A stretch of 60,650 bases of DNA from an uncultured bacterium (GTDB taxonomy: Bacteria > UBA8481): positions 447,243 through 507,892 of the forward strand of contig CAZCME010000001.1 in assembly GCA_964499705.1 (NCBI GenBank), read 5' to 3'. Positions 35,301-43,025 of the stretch are shown here, in pieces. The notes under the pieces were generated by a model, which was given only the letters and a program-made list of their open reading frames with translations, did not search any database and had not been told where the DNA came from. The position numbers and the translations under genes are program-made. Numbering within the stretch: the first letter of the stretch is position 1; each line of letters begins with the position of its first letter.

Positions 35301-38300
35301 AAGACGGTCATCAACGACGTGGGAATGAACGATGCCGACTTCTATCTCTGGTGGTATTTCGGCCGCGCGCGGAGAACATCCGAAGTGCGGCGCATACCGA
35401 TCGACGCCTCCAAGCTGCTCCTCGTCTGGGCGCGCCGTGAAGTGCATCAGCAGATTTCCGATCTCCGGGACAAGATCGACAACGAGAATTACGCGAAGAT
35501 CTCCGACATGGTCGTGAAAGGCTATTCGGTCAAGCACGCGGATGTGTACACCGTCGCCCAGATTCTGACGCGGAATACGTTGAATCAGAGCGAGGACATC
35601 ACCGACGAATTTCTCTTCGTCGACAAGCTCGACAGCCGCATCGTCGTTTGGGCGCGCGAGGGCAGCCACGCCAAGATCGAGAAGATGCTGCCGCAGGTCG
35701 ACCGCCCCGAGCTCCGCTTCGACCCGCTTCTGAAATACGAGATCTACGAGTTCCAGAACATCTCGGTCGCGGAGGTCATCGGCGTGACGACGGCGGCGGA
35801 GCGGGACATCGTCCAGGACGCCGCGGGCTTCGGGCAGGCGGCCGCCACGACCGTCACTTCGAAGACCATCCTGCAACTCATCGCGGAGCCGCTGGGAACG
35901 GATCCTGGCCGCGGCATCTATCCGTCGATCACGGGCAATTTCATCCTGGTCTGGGGCCCGAACGGGCCGGTGGACAGGTCGATCGAGTTTGCCAAGCAGA
36001 TCGACCGCCGTTGGGAGAAGACAAAGATCGTCGTGAAGACGTACGAGATCAAGTACGGCGATCCGAAGACCGTAGCCAATTTCATCAACGCATCGATCTT
36101 CTCGGCCGCGACAGGCGGGGCCGCTGCGGCGGGCGCGGGTCAGGCCGCGGCTCCACCTTCCACCGAATTTCTTGTTCATGATGCGGCATCGCCGAAAAGG
36201 CTCCATATCTGGGCGCTTCCGGCTACTCATGATCGGATCAGGGGATACCTCTCCACGATCGATACCACGGCCTTCAGCTTCTCGAACTTCAAGATCTTCC
36301 GCGTCCCGGGCCTCTCGCCGAACGCCGCGGAGGAGATCATCAAGGGCGTGGCGCCCTCCGCGACGCTCTTCCAGGTCGGGGATCTCTGGATCATCATCGC
36401 CGATGTAGGTCCGCTCCAGAAGGTGGAAGAACTGATGCGGGCGATCACGAGGCCTGACACGGAGCCCATGACGATCCGCTACCTTCAGCTCTCCCGGTTG
36501 ACGACGCAAGATATCGTGCCGATTCTCGGACCGCGCTTCGGCATCACGATCGGCACGGAGGAATTCTCGGGCCGGTCGATCTTCACCATCAACAATGAGG
36601 AGGAGCTGAGGCGCTACGAGTCCTTCAGGAACGCGCAGCGATCACGGTCGCCGTTGACGGTTCTCGTCATGGAACGCCACAACATGCTCATCCTGATCGG
36701 CGACGAGATCTACGTGAAGCAGTGCGAGGATTTCGTCGGCGAGGTCGAGAACTCGACATCCGGGCGGCCGCGACTCGTGAGATTGCGCTATGTGGCTCCG
36801 CTCGTCTTTGCCGCCACCCTGAAGGAAATCTACCCGAATCTTCGGACATTCGACATCGGCCGCAACGATGCGATCGTCGTGATGGAGCAGGACGATACCG
36901 GCAAGGTCAACGCGCTCCTGCATATCATCGATCGTTCGCCCCGGGAAGGGGACACGGTCCCCGTGTACGAGATCGTCCAACTGAGGAATCGCGCCGCGAA
37001 CGAGGTCCAGACGGCAATCACGACACTTCTGACGAGCATCGGCACGTCGAGCGGCCGGTCCAATACGCCGCTGACTCTCTACGCGATCCAGGACGCCAAT
37101 GCTCTCGTTCTGACCGGCGGCAACCAGGAAGAACGAAACCTTGCCCGCAGAATCGCCATCGACATGGATTCGGAACCGTACAGGCAGAACAACTACATCC
37201 TTCTGTACACGTTCAAATATATTCTCCCGACGGAATTCGACAATTTTCTAGTCGCGACGATTGTCGACGAGCGGACGGAGCGTATCACGACGGGAACCGC
37301 GACGGCGGAAGAGGGCCGCACGACGATCACGCAGACGATCACGAACGCGAAGCGCATCCCCATCGATTCCCTGAAGCTTTTGATGGTCCGGACGACACGC
37401 GAGATCCATCAGCAGATCAGCGACCTCATCGCGCTCGTCGATACCGCGGGCTTCGGCGAAAAGCTCGAGTTGCGGCAGAGATATTACAATGTCAAGAATG
37501 CGTCGCTGGACGTGATCGCGAACATCATTCAGCGCCAGACGCTCAATCAGCACTCCGGAATCGCGGACGAATTCGTCATCATCGACCGCCAGAACCGCCG
37601 GCTCGCCATATGGGCCCGCGAAGGCGCCCACACGAAGATCGAGCGGCTGCTGCCGGTCTACGACAAGACCGAAGTGCAGTTCGATCCCGACGATGAGTTC
37701 GATTCGTACGTTCTGCAATATGTGTCCTTGCCGATTCTCCAGCAGGGAATTCAGATCATCGAGCAGATCCAGACGATTCTGGGACCCGGGCGCGTCGTTT
37801 ATTCCTCGGGCGGCGCCGCCGGCAACTTTGTCCTGATGTGGGGCAACCGCGCGGCTCTCAGTCGCGCCAAGGAGACGCTCCGCCGCCTCGACATGGCGGT
37901 GAAGGATCAGGTCGGCGGTGAATCCAACGTGCGGTTCGTGGAGATCCACAATCGGCCGGTCACGGAACTCATGGCGGAATTGAAGGGTCTCTACGGCCTC
38001 AATACCAACATGATCCCGATGAGCCGCGCCGACGGAAGCCCGAAGAACGGGCTCATGCTCTTCGTTCCTCACGCGCTCCTGGGGCCGATCCTGAAGACGA
38101 TCGAGGCGCTCGATACCACCACGCCGGTCATGATCGTTCCGGTGGCGCGGCGTAGTCCCACGGATCTCGCCGATCTGTTGACGATCCAGTACCCGGAGCT
38201 CAGCATCACGGCGTTCACGACTCCAAGCGCCCTGCTGTTGCGCGGATCGGCTCGTCGGCTCGCCGATGCGAAGCGTTTGATCGAGCAGCTGGACACGACG

Positions 38301-41300
38301 GGTTTCATCCGCATGTTCACACTGCAGGTGGCTCCGCCCGCCGAAGTCATGGCGAGCCTGCAGCTGATGTTCCCCGGAGTGCTCTTCGTCGCGATTGCGG
38401 ATAACCAGCTTGTGTACGCCAGGGCGGGCAACGAGGCGACCATGGCGCAGATCGAAAGCGCGGTGAAGGCCCTCGATGCGCTGGATGTGGAGATGATCGA
38501 GATCATGAAGGCGGACGACGACGGCATCTCCGATGTTCTCCGTCCCGCTTTCCCGTCGCTCCTCATCGAATACCAGCACCAGGGCCCCATGCACACCTAC
38601 ATGGTCCTGAAGGGCGCCCGCAACCTGATTGCGCAGGCCAAGGAATTGATCAAGAGGATGGAGAACATCGACGCGCACATCGTTCGCCTGGCGTATCGCA
38701 CTCCCTTGGAGATCTCCAATCAGATCGCCATCATCTACCAGGATCTGTCGATCGGACTATTTCCCGTGGCGGGGATAAACGCGATCGGTTTCATCGCGAC
38801 TCCCGAGAAGGCCAAGCTCGTGAAGGACCTCATCCGGACGCTGGATACGCCCGCGACAATCGCCTACTACCAGTTGAAATACATGTCCACCGCCGACCTG
38901 CTGCCGGCGATCACGGCGACGGTGACCAACGTGATCACGACCGAGATCACGTCTCCGGTTGTCTACGGAAACACCTGGATGATCTTCACCGGTGATCGCG
39001 GTCCCGTGCAGGATGCGGTGAATGTCGCGACCATGCTCGACACGGTCACGCCCACGATCATCCTCTCGCCGAAAATCCAGACGAGCGCCCAGATGACCAC
39101 AACCTTGTTGGCCGCCATACCGAATCTGCGCGTTCTCGCGTTCACGGGAACGGCGGGCGGGGACTACATCCTGGTCACCGGATCGCAGTCGCTGATTCGA
39201 GAAGCGAAGAAGATCTTCGCGGAGATCGACACGGAACTCCCGACCCGGATCTTCCGCTCCTCCTATCTTCACACCCAGCCTGATCTCCTGAACGTCATCA
39301 CCAGCCTCTTCCGCGATATCCGGACGATTTCGCTCGGAACGTCGGCGGGCGGCGGGTTCGAGATGGTGCTCGCAACGGGTCCGCAGTCCCGTCTGGACGA
39401 GCTGGCCCGGTTCTGGGCCACGGTGGATACCCCGGGCCGGATGGTCCCGTACTGGCCCGTGAATCGACCTCTTGCGGATCTGCTGACGCCCCTGGGCGAG
39501 CTCATGCCTCATGTCGGACGGATCGCCGTCGCCAGCGCCACCGGCATCGCGCCGGATGTCGTCATGCTCTATGGCGATGCTCCGCGTGTTGAAGAAGCGC
39601 TCGACTTCCTCCGGAAGATCGACGTCGCCGGCGATGTGAAGCTCCTCGCCTACGGTCGTCTTGCCGCCGCGGATGCCTCGGCGCTGGTGGCCGCCTATTT
39701 TCCCGCGATCACGCTCCAGTCGCTCTCCAACGGCAGCATCCTCGCGGTCGCGGGCAACAAGCAGGTGCTGCAAGCCGCGGAGAAACTTCTTTCGGAGATT
39801 GAGAATGGGCTCCACTGGCGCATCGTTCCCCTGATCCGCATGACAGCTGTACAGGCGGAGGCGCTCGTGACCGATCTCTTCGGATCCGTCCGCGTCACGC
39901 AGCTTCCCGCCGGCAACGGCGTCGTGCTCGTCGGCACCGAGGTGAACCTCGCGGAAGCCATCGATATGCTCCGGCGCATCGACCAGCGCGAAGTGACGCT
40001 CATCCCGATCAAGGAAGCCGACCTCGCGACGCTGGCCCAGGCCGCGACGGCGTTCTTCCCGGAGGCTCAGATTTCGCAGATGGCCACGATCAACTCGCTG
40101 GCGATTTCCGCCGACACGGCCATGGTCGCCGCCATCAGGAAATTCATCGAGAGCGTCGACAAGGAGCGCCACACCGCGATCCGGCCGCTGAAGTACTACG
40201 ACCCGACGACATCCGGCGAGCTCGGCGAACTGACGACGACACTGCAGTCCTACCTCTCGGCTGACGGAACGATCTTTTTCGACCGGCAGTCGAACGCCTA
40301 CGTGATGTCGGACGGCATCGCGAAGCTGGAGAAAGCGCTGAAAGTGCTCGACGATCTCGATCGCGCTCCCCCCCAATTCATCATCGAGGCCGTGATCGCG
40401 GAAGTGAGCATCAGCGACGCCAAGAACCTCGGCTTCTCCTGGTCATACAGGCCCGACCTGACGGCTGTCGGGCTGGCGCCTCCGGCGCTCCTGACCATCC
40501 CGGCGTCCGGCGGATCGAACGCGGACTTCGGAGGCTCGGGAACGTTCACGCTCGGACTCGCGCGCGATAATCTGCAGGCGACCCTTTCCGCGCTCCTGTC
40601 CAAAAACGACGCCCGGATCGTCGCGACGCCGAAGATCGTCACCAGAAACAACGTCACCGGCGAAGTCAGGCTCCAGCAGAGCTTCCCCGTGACGACGACG
40701 AATCCCGGCACAGCGACCACGGCGCCCTCGACCACCGTCACGTTCCAGCCCGTCCCGACGACGTTGCGGGTGACGCCGTCGTCCTCGTGGAATTCCGACG
40801 CGATCCGGATGACGGTCGCGGCCGACATCAGCGTGCCCGGCGCCGCCACGACGACGGGCGCCGTCCCGGTCTCCTCGCGGATCGTCAACACGACGGTCGA
40901 CATGCGGGATGGCCAGACGCTCATCATCGGCGGGCTCATGCAGAAGAACAAGACGGAGGCCGTCTCCAAGATCCCGATTCTCGGAGACATACCAGGCATC
41001 GGAAATATCTTCAAGTCCACGACGACCGGCGAGGAGAATCGCGAGGTTCTCATCTTCCTTTCTCCGCGCGTCATCTATCCGCAGACGCACGATCTGCAGA
41101 TGGAGGAAGAGCTGAATCGATACAAGTATCTTGTCAACTTCCCCGTGGACTGGTCCGGCCGCCGCTGGCTCATCAACAACCAGCAGCGCTCGCCCGGACT
41201 GCGGCAGCAGATGAACCAGGGCAGCAATTTCATCCTGCAGCCGCCGGGAACTCCCGCGCCTTCGACGCCACCGCCGCCGGCGCCCGTCGTTCCGCCCGCC

Positions 41301-42452
41301 GAAGGGCGATCGTCGATGGCTCCCGCGACGACGAGCATGCCGCCGTCCTACATCGCCCCGATGATTGCTCCGAGCGCACCCGCTCCGCAACCGACCTACA
41401 CGCCGGCTCCTCAGCCGGTATCGGAGCCGGCCTTCCTCGGCGGCGTTACGACGACATGGAATATCAACACGGCGACGGCCGCCGAATTGAAGATGATTCC
41501 CGACATGCCGCCGCACGTGGCTCAACTGATCGTCGCCTACCGCAATGCGAATGGTTCGTTCCAGACGTTGAACGATCTTCTGAATGTCCCGGGGATGACA
41601 CCGGACATACTCGAACGATCCCGCAAATACCTGCGGATGACTTCCGAGACGACGATGGTCGCGCCGACACCGCCCGCGGCGAACATGCCGCCCGCGCCCA
41701 TGACGATCACGCCCATGGCCTCATCGAACCTGGTGAACATCAACACGGCCGGCGTGGCGGAGCTGATGACGCTGCCGGGACTGACCGAAGCGAACGCGCG
41801 GATGATACTCGCCTATCGCGGCACGTACGGTTCATTCTCCACGCCCGATCAATTGATCGACGTCCCGGGCATCACGCCGACGATGTATGGCGCCATCCGC
41901 GACAGGGTGACCGTGTCCAGCGCTCCGCCGCCGTCCTATGCGCCCCAGCCGTCCTACACGCCCCAGCCATCCGCGATGCCGAGCGCCTATTCGCAACCGA
42001 TGTCCGGACCCGTCAACATCAACACCGCCGACGAAGTGGCGCTCATGCAGATCGGATTTTCGGAGCAGAACGCGAAGTTGATCGTCGCATGGAGAAGCAG
42101 CTACGGATTCTTCACTTCGATCGACGAGCTTCTCGATGTTCCATCGATCACGAGCGACATACTCGATCCGATCCGGCCCTGGCTGACGATCGGCGGAGGT
42201 TCCGCTCCCGCGGCGCCGGCGCCCGCGCCTTCCTCCTACACGCCGCCCGCTCCGAGCGGAAACCTGGTGAACGTTAACACGGCGGACGAAGTGACGCTCA
42301 TGCAGCTGGGATTATCCGAGCAGAATGCGAAGCTGATCGTGGCATGGAGGAACAGTTACGGCCCGTTCAATACCCTGGAGGAATTGCTGGACGTGCCGTC
42401 GATAACGCAGGAAATATTCGACCGGGTCCGGAACCGCCTGACTCTCCGGTAA
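32304..42452 (+). CDS. Giant outer-membrane secretin (PilQ/GspD family, 3382 aa) with AMIN, 2 Ig-like, STN, ~28 N-domains, secretin core and 4 ComEA-like HhH domains
   Basis: Signal peptide; STN (VSMDFYQTSVPEILRFL..ITVHLENVPIDDALDKIL); repeated NolW/N-domains ending ..I..LD. Core motifs LDRAPPQFIIEAVIAEVS, ATPKIVTRNN, DGQTLIIGGL, KIPILGDIPGIGNIFKS, EVLIFLSPRVI. Four (V/W)N(I/V)NTA...A.(L/M)I(V/L)A(Y/W)R...G.F....L..VP units. Confidence 0.92.
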   Translation: MIKSGKRKSFFILHTSTFILALLCLGFFSGDAQSQTAQQAQANPALEQAALYFALGSFDAAEAEVRRFLSMYPDHARKGEAISLLAEIRIEKERSRITATAPDVSGSRENVQPDRNTGGATPKVLDPAILSSPRTEAPVKWEKQFPGEPSQFRKDGIYAVTANGEGPRSTIRILFSGTGDVSFRRTGSSLLIEVAGVADALPRGNIDLPGGGATRIRHVQASTEPLVSRISIDLKSAEVKATVTPAGEEIVVEIEDISSSTDQAAPQGGLYRSPIPSDRYRVDILGGNFQRALVADGLTEALVVKVVDRSTNAPVANATVEFFTVNEGMKLSDKSMMTGPAGSASTRVTLDQVAGRKIVTARVMGTPAEVSFELYALPRPPDSIRKVSGEDAKVRTRQTVATPLVAVVQDIYGNPVPGVAVEWDYISGGGKIDADVEALGSQTKIETDKDGRVTLRQWTTGAQAGEHRIQASFTSGEITKYAQFSINVDPQLVSMDFYQTSVPEILRFLGRIANWNLVLSDGVSKLIEADAMITVHLENVPIDDALDKILATKKLARIEEPDGSIKIMTFIEAQTRGQSVITDPSQLDVLPQDMVRTVVLNIAPRSDFGATVGSIQPLMTEQGKIISDPASRKVVVTDYVSVIRRIRDILVEFEKAEDRRILTFENLNFEAEQLKAFMTQQLPPEVKTLYMGRTAVLLGPTTAIDRIENILRALDTNEGIIRPGDEVQGKQFEIIPLRSQKATELAGILLSVFTTNQRAQQLLSSVNVNVREERVTNTTTTAGTTGQAAQTTQTAAEPRSAASQATNLLGKAFQQIQEEVRIVAEPRTNSLILYGLASDLAIVKQVIQRLDSIDLATEELSRDKVKIIQLQFRSSAEVLTALRQIMNLEGTATTDVNPAMGWWNYWYTGGVTTTSVGASNTATQLGVAGTFTETQPLPLKIFDIADPNLIIIVGGDSKQRLLATTLIDDLDQAVTRTGNYLQLYSMNHVLPSEFNKLLEKTVINDVGMNDADFYLWWYFGRARRTSEVRRIPIDASKLLLVWARREVHQQISDLRDKIDNENYAKISDMVVKGYSVKHADVYTVAQILTRNTLNQSEDITDEFLFVDKLDSRIVVWAREGSHAKIEKMLPQVDRPELRFDPLLKYEIYEFQNISVAEVIGVTTAAERDIVQDAAGFGQAAATTVTSKTILQLIAEPLGTDPGRGIYPSITGNFILVWGPNGPVDRSIEFAKQIDRRWEKTKIVVKTYEIKYGDPKTVANFINASIFSAATGGAAAAGAGQAAAPPSTEFLVHDAASPKRLHIWALPATHDRIRGYLSTIDTTAFSFSNFKIFRVPGLSPNAAEEIIKGVAPSATLFQVGDLWIIIADVGPLQKVEELMRAITRPDTEPMTIRYLQLSRLTTQDIVPILGPRFGITIGTEEFSGRSIFTINNEEELRRYESFRNAQRSRSPLTVLVMERHNMLILIGDEIYVKQCEDFVGEVENSTSGRPRLVRLRYVAPLVFAATLKEIYPNLRTFDIGRNDAIVVMEQDDTGKVNALLHIIDRSPREGDTVPVYEIVQLRNRAANEVQTAITTLLTSIGTSSGRSNTPLTLYAIQDANALVLTGGNQEERNLARRIAIDMDSEPYRQNNYILLYTFKYILPTEFDNFLVATIVDERTERITTGTATAEEGRTTITQTITNAKRIPIDSLKLLMVRTTREIHQQISDLIALVDTAGFGEKLELRQRYYNVKNASLDVIANIIQRQTLNQHSGIADEFVIIDRQNRRLAIWAREGAHTKIERLLPVYDKTEVQFDPDDEFDSYVLQYVSLPILQQGIQIIEQIQTILGPGRVVYSSGGAAGNFVLMWGNRAALSRAKETLRRLDMAVKDQVGGESNVRFVEIHNRPVTELMAELKGLYGLNTNMIPMSRADGSPKNGLMLFVPHALLGPILKTIEALDTTTPVMIVPVARRSPTDLADLLTIQYPELSITAFTTPSALLLRGSARRLADAKRLIEQLDTTGFIRMFTLQVAPPAEVMASLQLMFPGVLFVAIADNQLVYARAGNEATMAQIESAVKALDALDVEMIEIMKADDDGISDVLRPAFPSLLIEYQHQGPMHTYMVLKGARNLIAQAKELIKRMENIDAHIVRLAYRTPLEISNQIAIIYQDLSIGLFPVAGINAIGFIATPEKAKLVKDLIRTLDTPATIAYYQLKYMSTADLLPAITATVTNVITTEITSPVVYGNTWMIFTGDRGPVQDAVNVATMLDTVTPTIILSPKIQTSAQMTTTLLAAIPNLRVLAFTGTAGGDYILVTGSQSLIREAKKIFAEIDTELPTRIFRSSYLHTQPDLLNVITSLFRDIRTISLGTSAGGGFEMVLATGPQSRLDELARFWATVDTPGRMVPYWPVNRPLADLLTPLGELMPHVGRIAVASATGIAPDVVMLYGDAPRVEEALDFLRKIDVAGDVKLLAYGRLAAADASALVAAYFPAITLQSLSNGSILAVAGNKQVLQAAEKLLSEIENGLHWRIVPLIRMTAVQAEALVTDLFGSVRVTQLPAGNGVVLVGTEVNLAEAIDMLRRIDQREVTLIPIKEADLATLAQAATAFFPEAQISQMATINSLAISADTAMVAAIRKFIESVDKERHTAIRPLKYYDPTTSGELGELTTTLQSYLSADGTIFFDRQSNAYVMSDGIAKLEKALKVLDDLDRAPPQFIIEAVIAEVSISDAKNLGFSWSYRPDLTAVGLAPPALLTIPASGGSNADFGGSGTFTLGLARDNLQATLSALLSKNDARIVATPKIVTRNNVTGEVRLQQSFPVTTTNPGTATTAPSTTVTFQPVPTTLRVTPSSSWNSDAIRMTVAADISVPGAATTTGAVPVSSRIVNTTVDMRDGQTLIIGGLMQKNKTEAVSKIPILGDIPGIGNIFKSTTTGEENREVLIFLSPRVIYPQTHDLQMEEELNRYKYLVNFPVDWSGRRWLINNQQRSPGLRQQMNQGSNFILQPPGTPAPSTPPPPAPVVPPAEGRSSMAPATTSMPPSYIAPMIAPSAPAPQPTYTPAPQPVSEPAFLGGVTTTWNINTATAAELKMIPDMPPHVAQLIVAYRNANGSFQTLNDLLNVPGMTPDILERSRKYLRMTSETTMVAPTPPAANMPPAPMTITPMASSNLVNINTAGVAELMTLPGLTEANARMILAYRGTYGSFSTPDQLIDVPGITPTMYGAIRDRVTVSSAPPPSYAPQPSYTPQPSAMPSAYSQPMSGPVNINTADEVALMQIGFSEQNAKLIVAWRSSYGFFTSIDELLDVPSITSDILDPIRPWLTIGGGSAPAAPAPAPSSYTPPAPSGNLVNVNTADEVTLMQLGLSEQNAKLIVAWRNSYGPFNTLEELLDVPSITQEIFDRVRNRLTLR

Positions 42453-42530
42453 CACATCATCCGCATCCGGCAATCGCCGAATCTCATCCCGTTCATTCAG
42501 GTCTTCAAGAATCCGGCGGAAATATAATCC

Positions 42531-42659
42531 TGCGGCGGAGTGGATTTGCCTTCGTTCGTCGGCATCCTGCCTCCTCGCTTCGGCCCGGGGCGAACGCTTC
42601 TCGCGGCATCCTGCCGCTCGGTCCCCGCAGGGGACACGGCGTACGCCCTTCAAATCCAC
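42531..42659. repeat. Duplicated tRNA-Leu 3' end plus a REP-like hairpin module
   Basis: TGCGGCGGAGTGGATTTG (42531-42548) matches tRNA 42710-42727 at 17/18. Inverted GTGGATTTG/CAAATCCAC ends enclose two GGCATCCTGCC copies. Confidence 0.7.
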
Positions 42660-42675
42660 GAGACCCGACAAAGAG

Positions 42676-42706
42676 AAAAGGCCCCCGCTTCGCAGGGGCC
42701 TTTTTT
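42676..42706. terminator. Bidirectional intrinsic terminator between the secretin operon and tRNA-Leu
   Basis: AAAAGGCCCC-cgcttcgca-GGGGCCTTTTTT. Confidence 0.85.
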
Positions 42707-42709
42707 CTC

Positions 42710-42793
42710 TGCAGCGGAGTGGATTTGAACCACCACGGTATTGCTACCGCCAGCCCCTCAAGCTGGTGCGTCTGCCAGTTCCGCCACCGCTGC
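42710..42793 (-). tRNA. tRNA-Leu(GAG)
   Basis: GCAGCGGTGGCGGAACTGGCAGACGCACCAGCTT-GAG-GGGCTGG, long variable arm, GGTTCAAATCC T-arm; CCA not encoded. Confidence 0.96.
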
Positions 42794-43025
42794 GTTTGAG
42801 GAATGGGACGCTAACAATACTTCACGAAAAATTATCCCACAATATCTAATCGCATGCGCGTTTCTACTTCTGCCGGGGACGAGAATACAGCTATTTCACT
42901 TGCCAAGAATTGGCCCATATGAGATGCTCTATTCCTTCTTTGTGGGCAAATTCACAAGATGAGCAGAGGGCTCTGAGAGCCCTTGCAAGCACGAATTCCG
43001 GTTTTCTGGAAAAGGATGGTCCCTC

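Noticed and set aside
34119-36509. Long antisense ORFs (796 aa here; also 8067-9482, 9708-11204, 38757-40376, 42891-44336 and others)
   Set aside because: These are typical stop-poor reverse frames of GC-rich genes, opposite well-supported CDSs.
15841-42793. The region between two tRNAs as a genomic island
   Set aside because: There is no integrase and no bracketing direct repeats; it contains housekeeping secG, and composition looks like the flanks.
42940-43020. Possible c-di-GMP or other riboswitch upstream of aspC (GGCAAA; AGGGCTCT-G-AGAGCCCT hairpin)
   Set aside because: It lacks the GEMM GAAA tetraloop/receptor architecture; only one hairpin is supportable.
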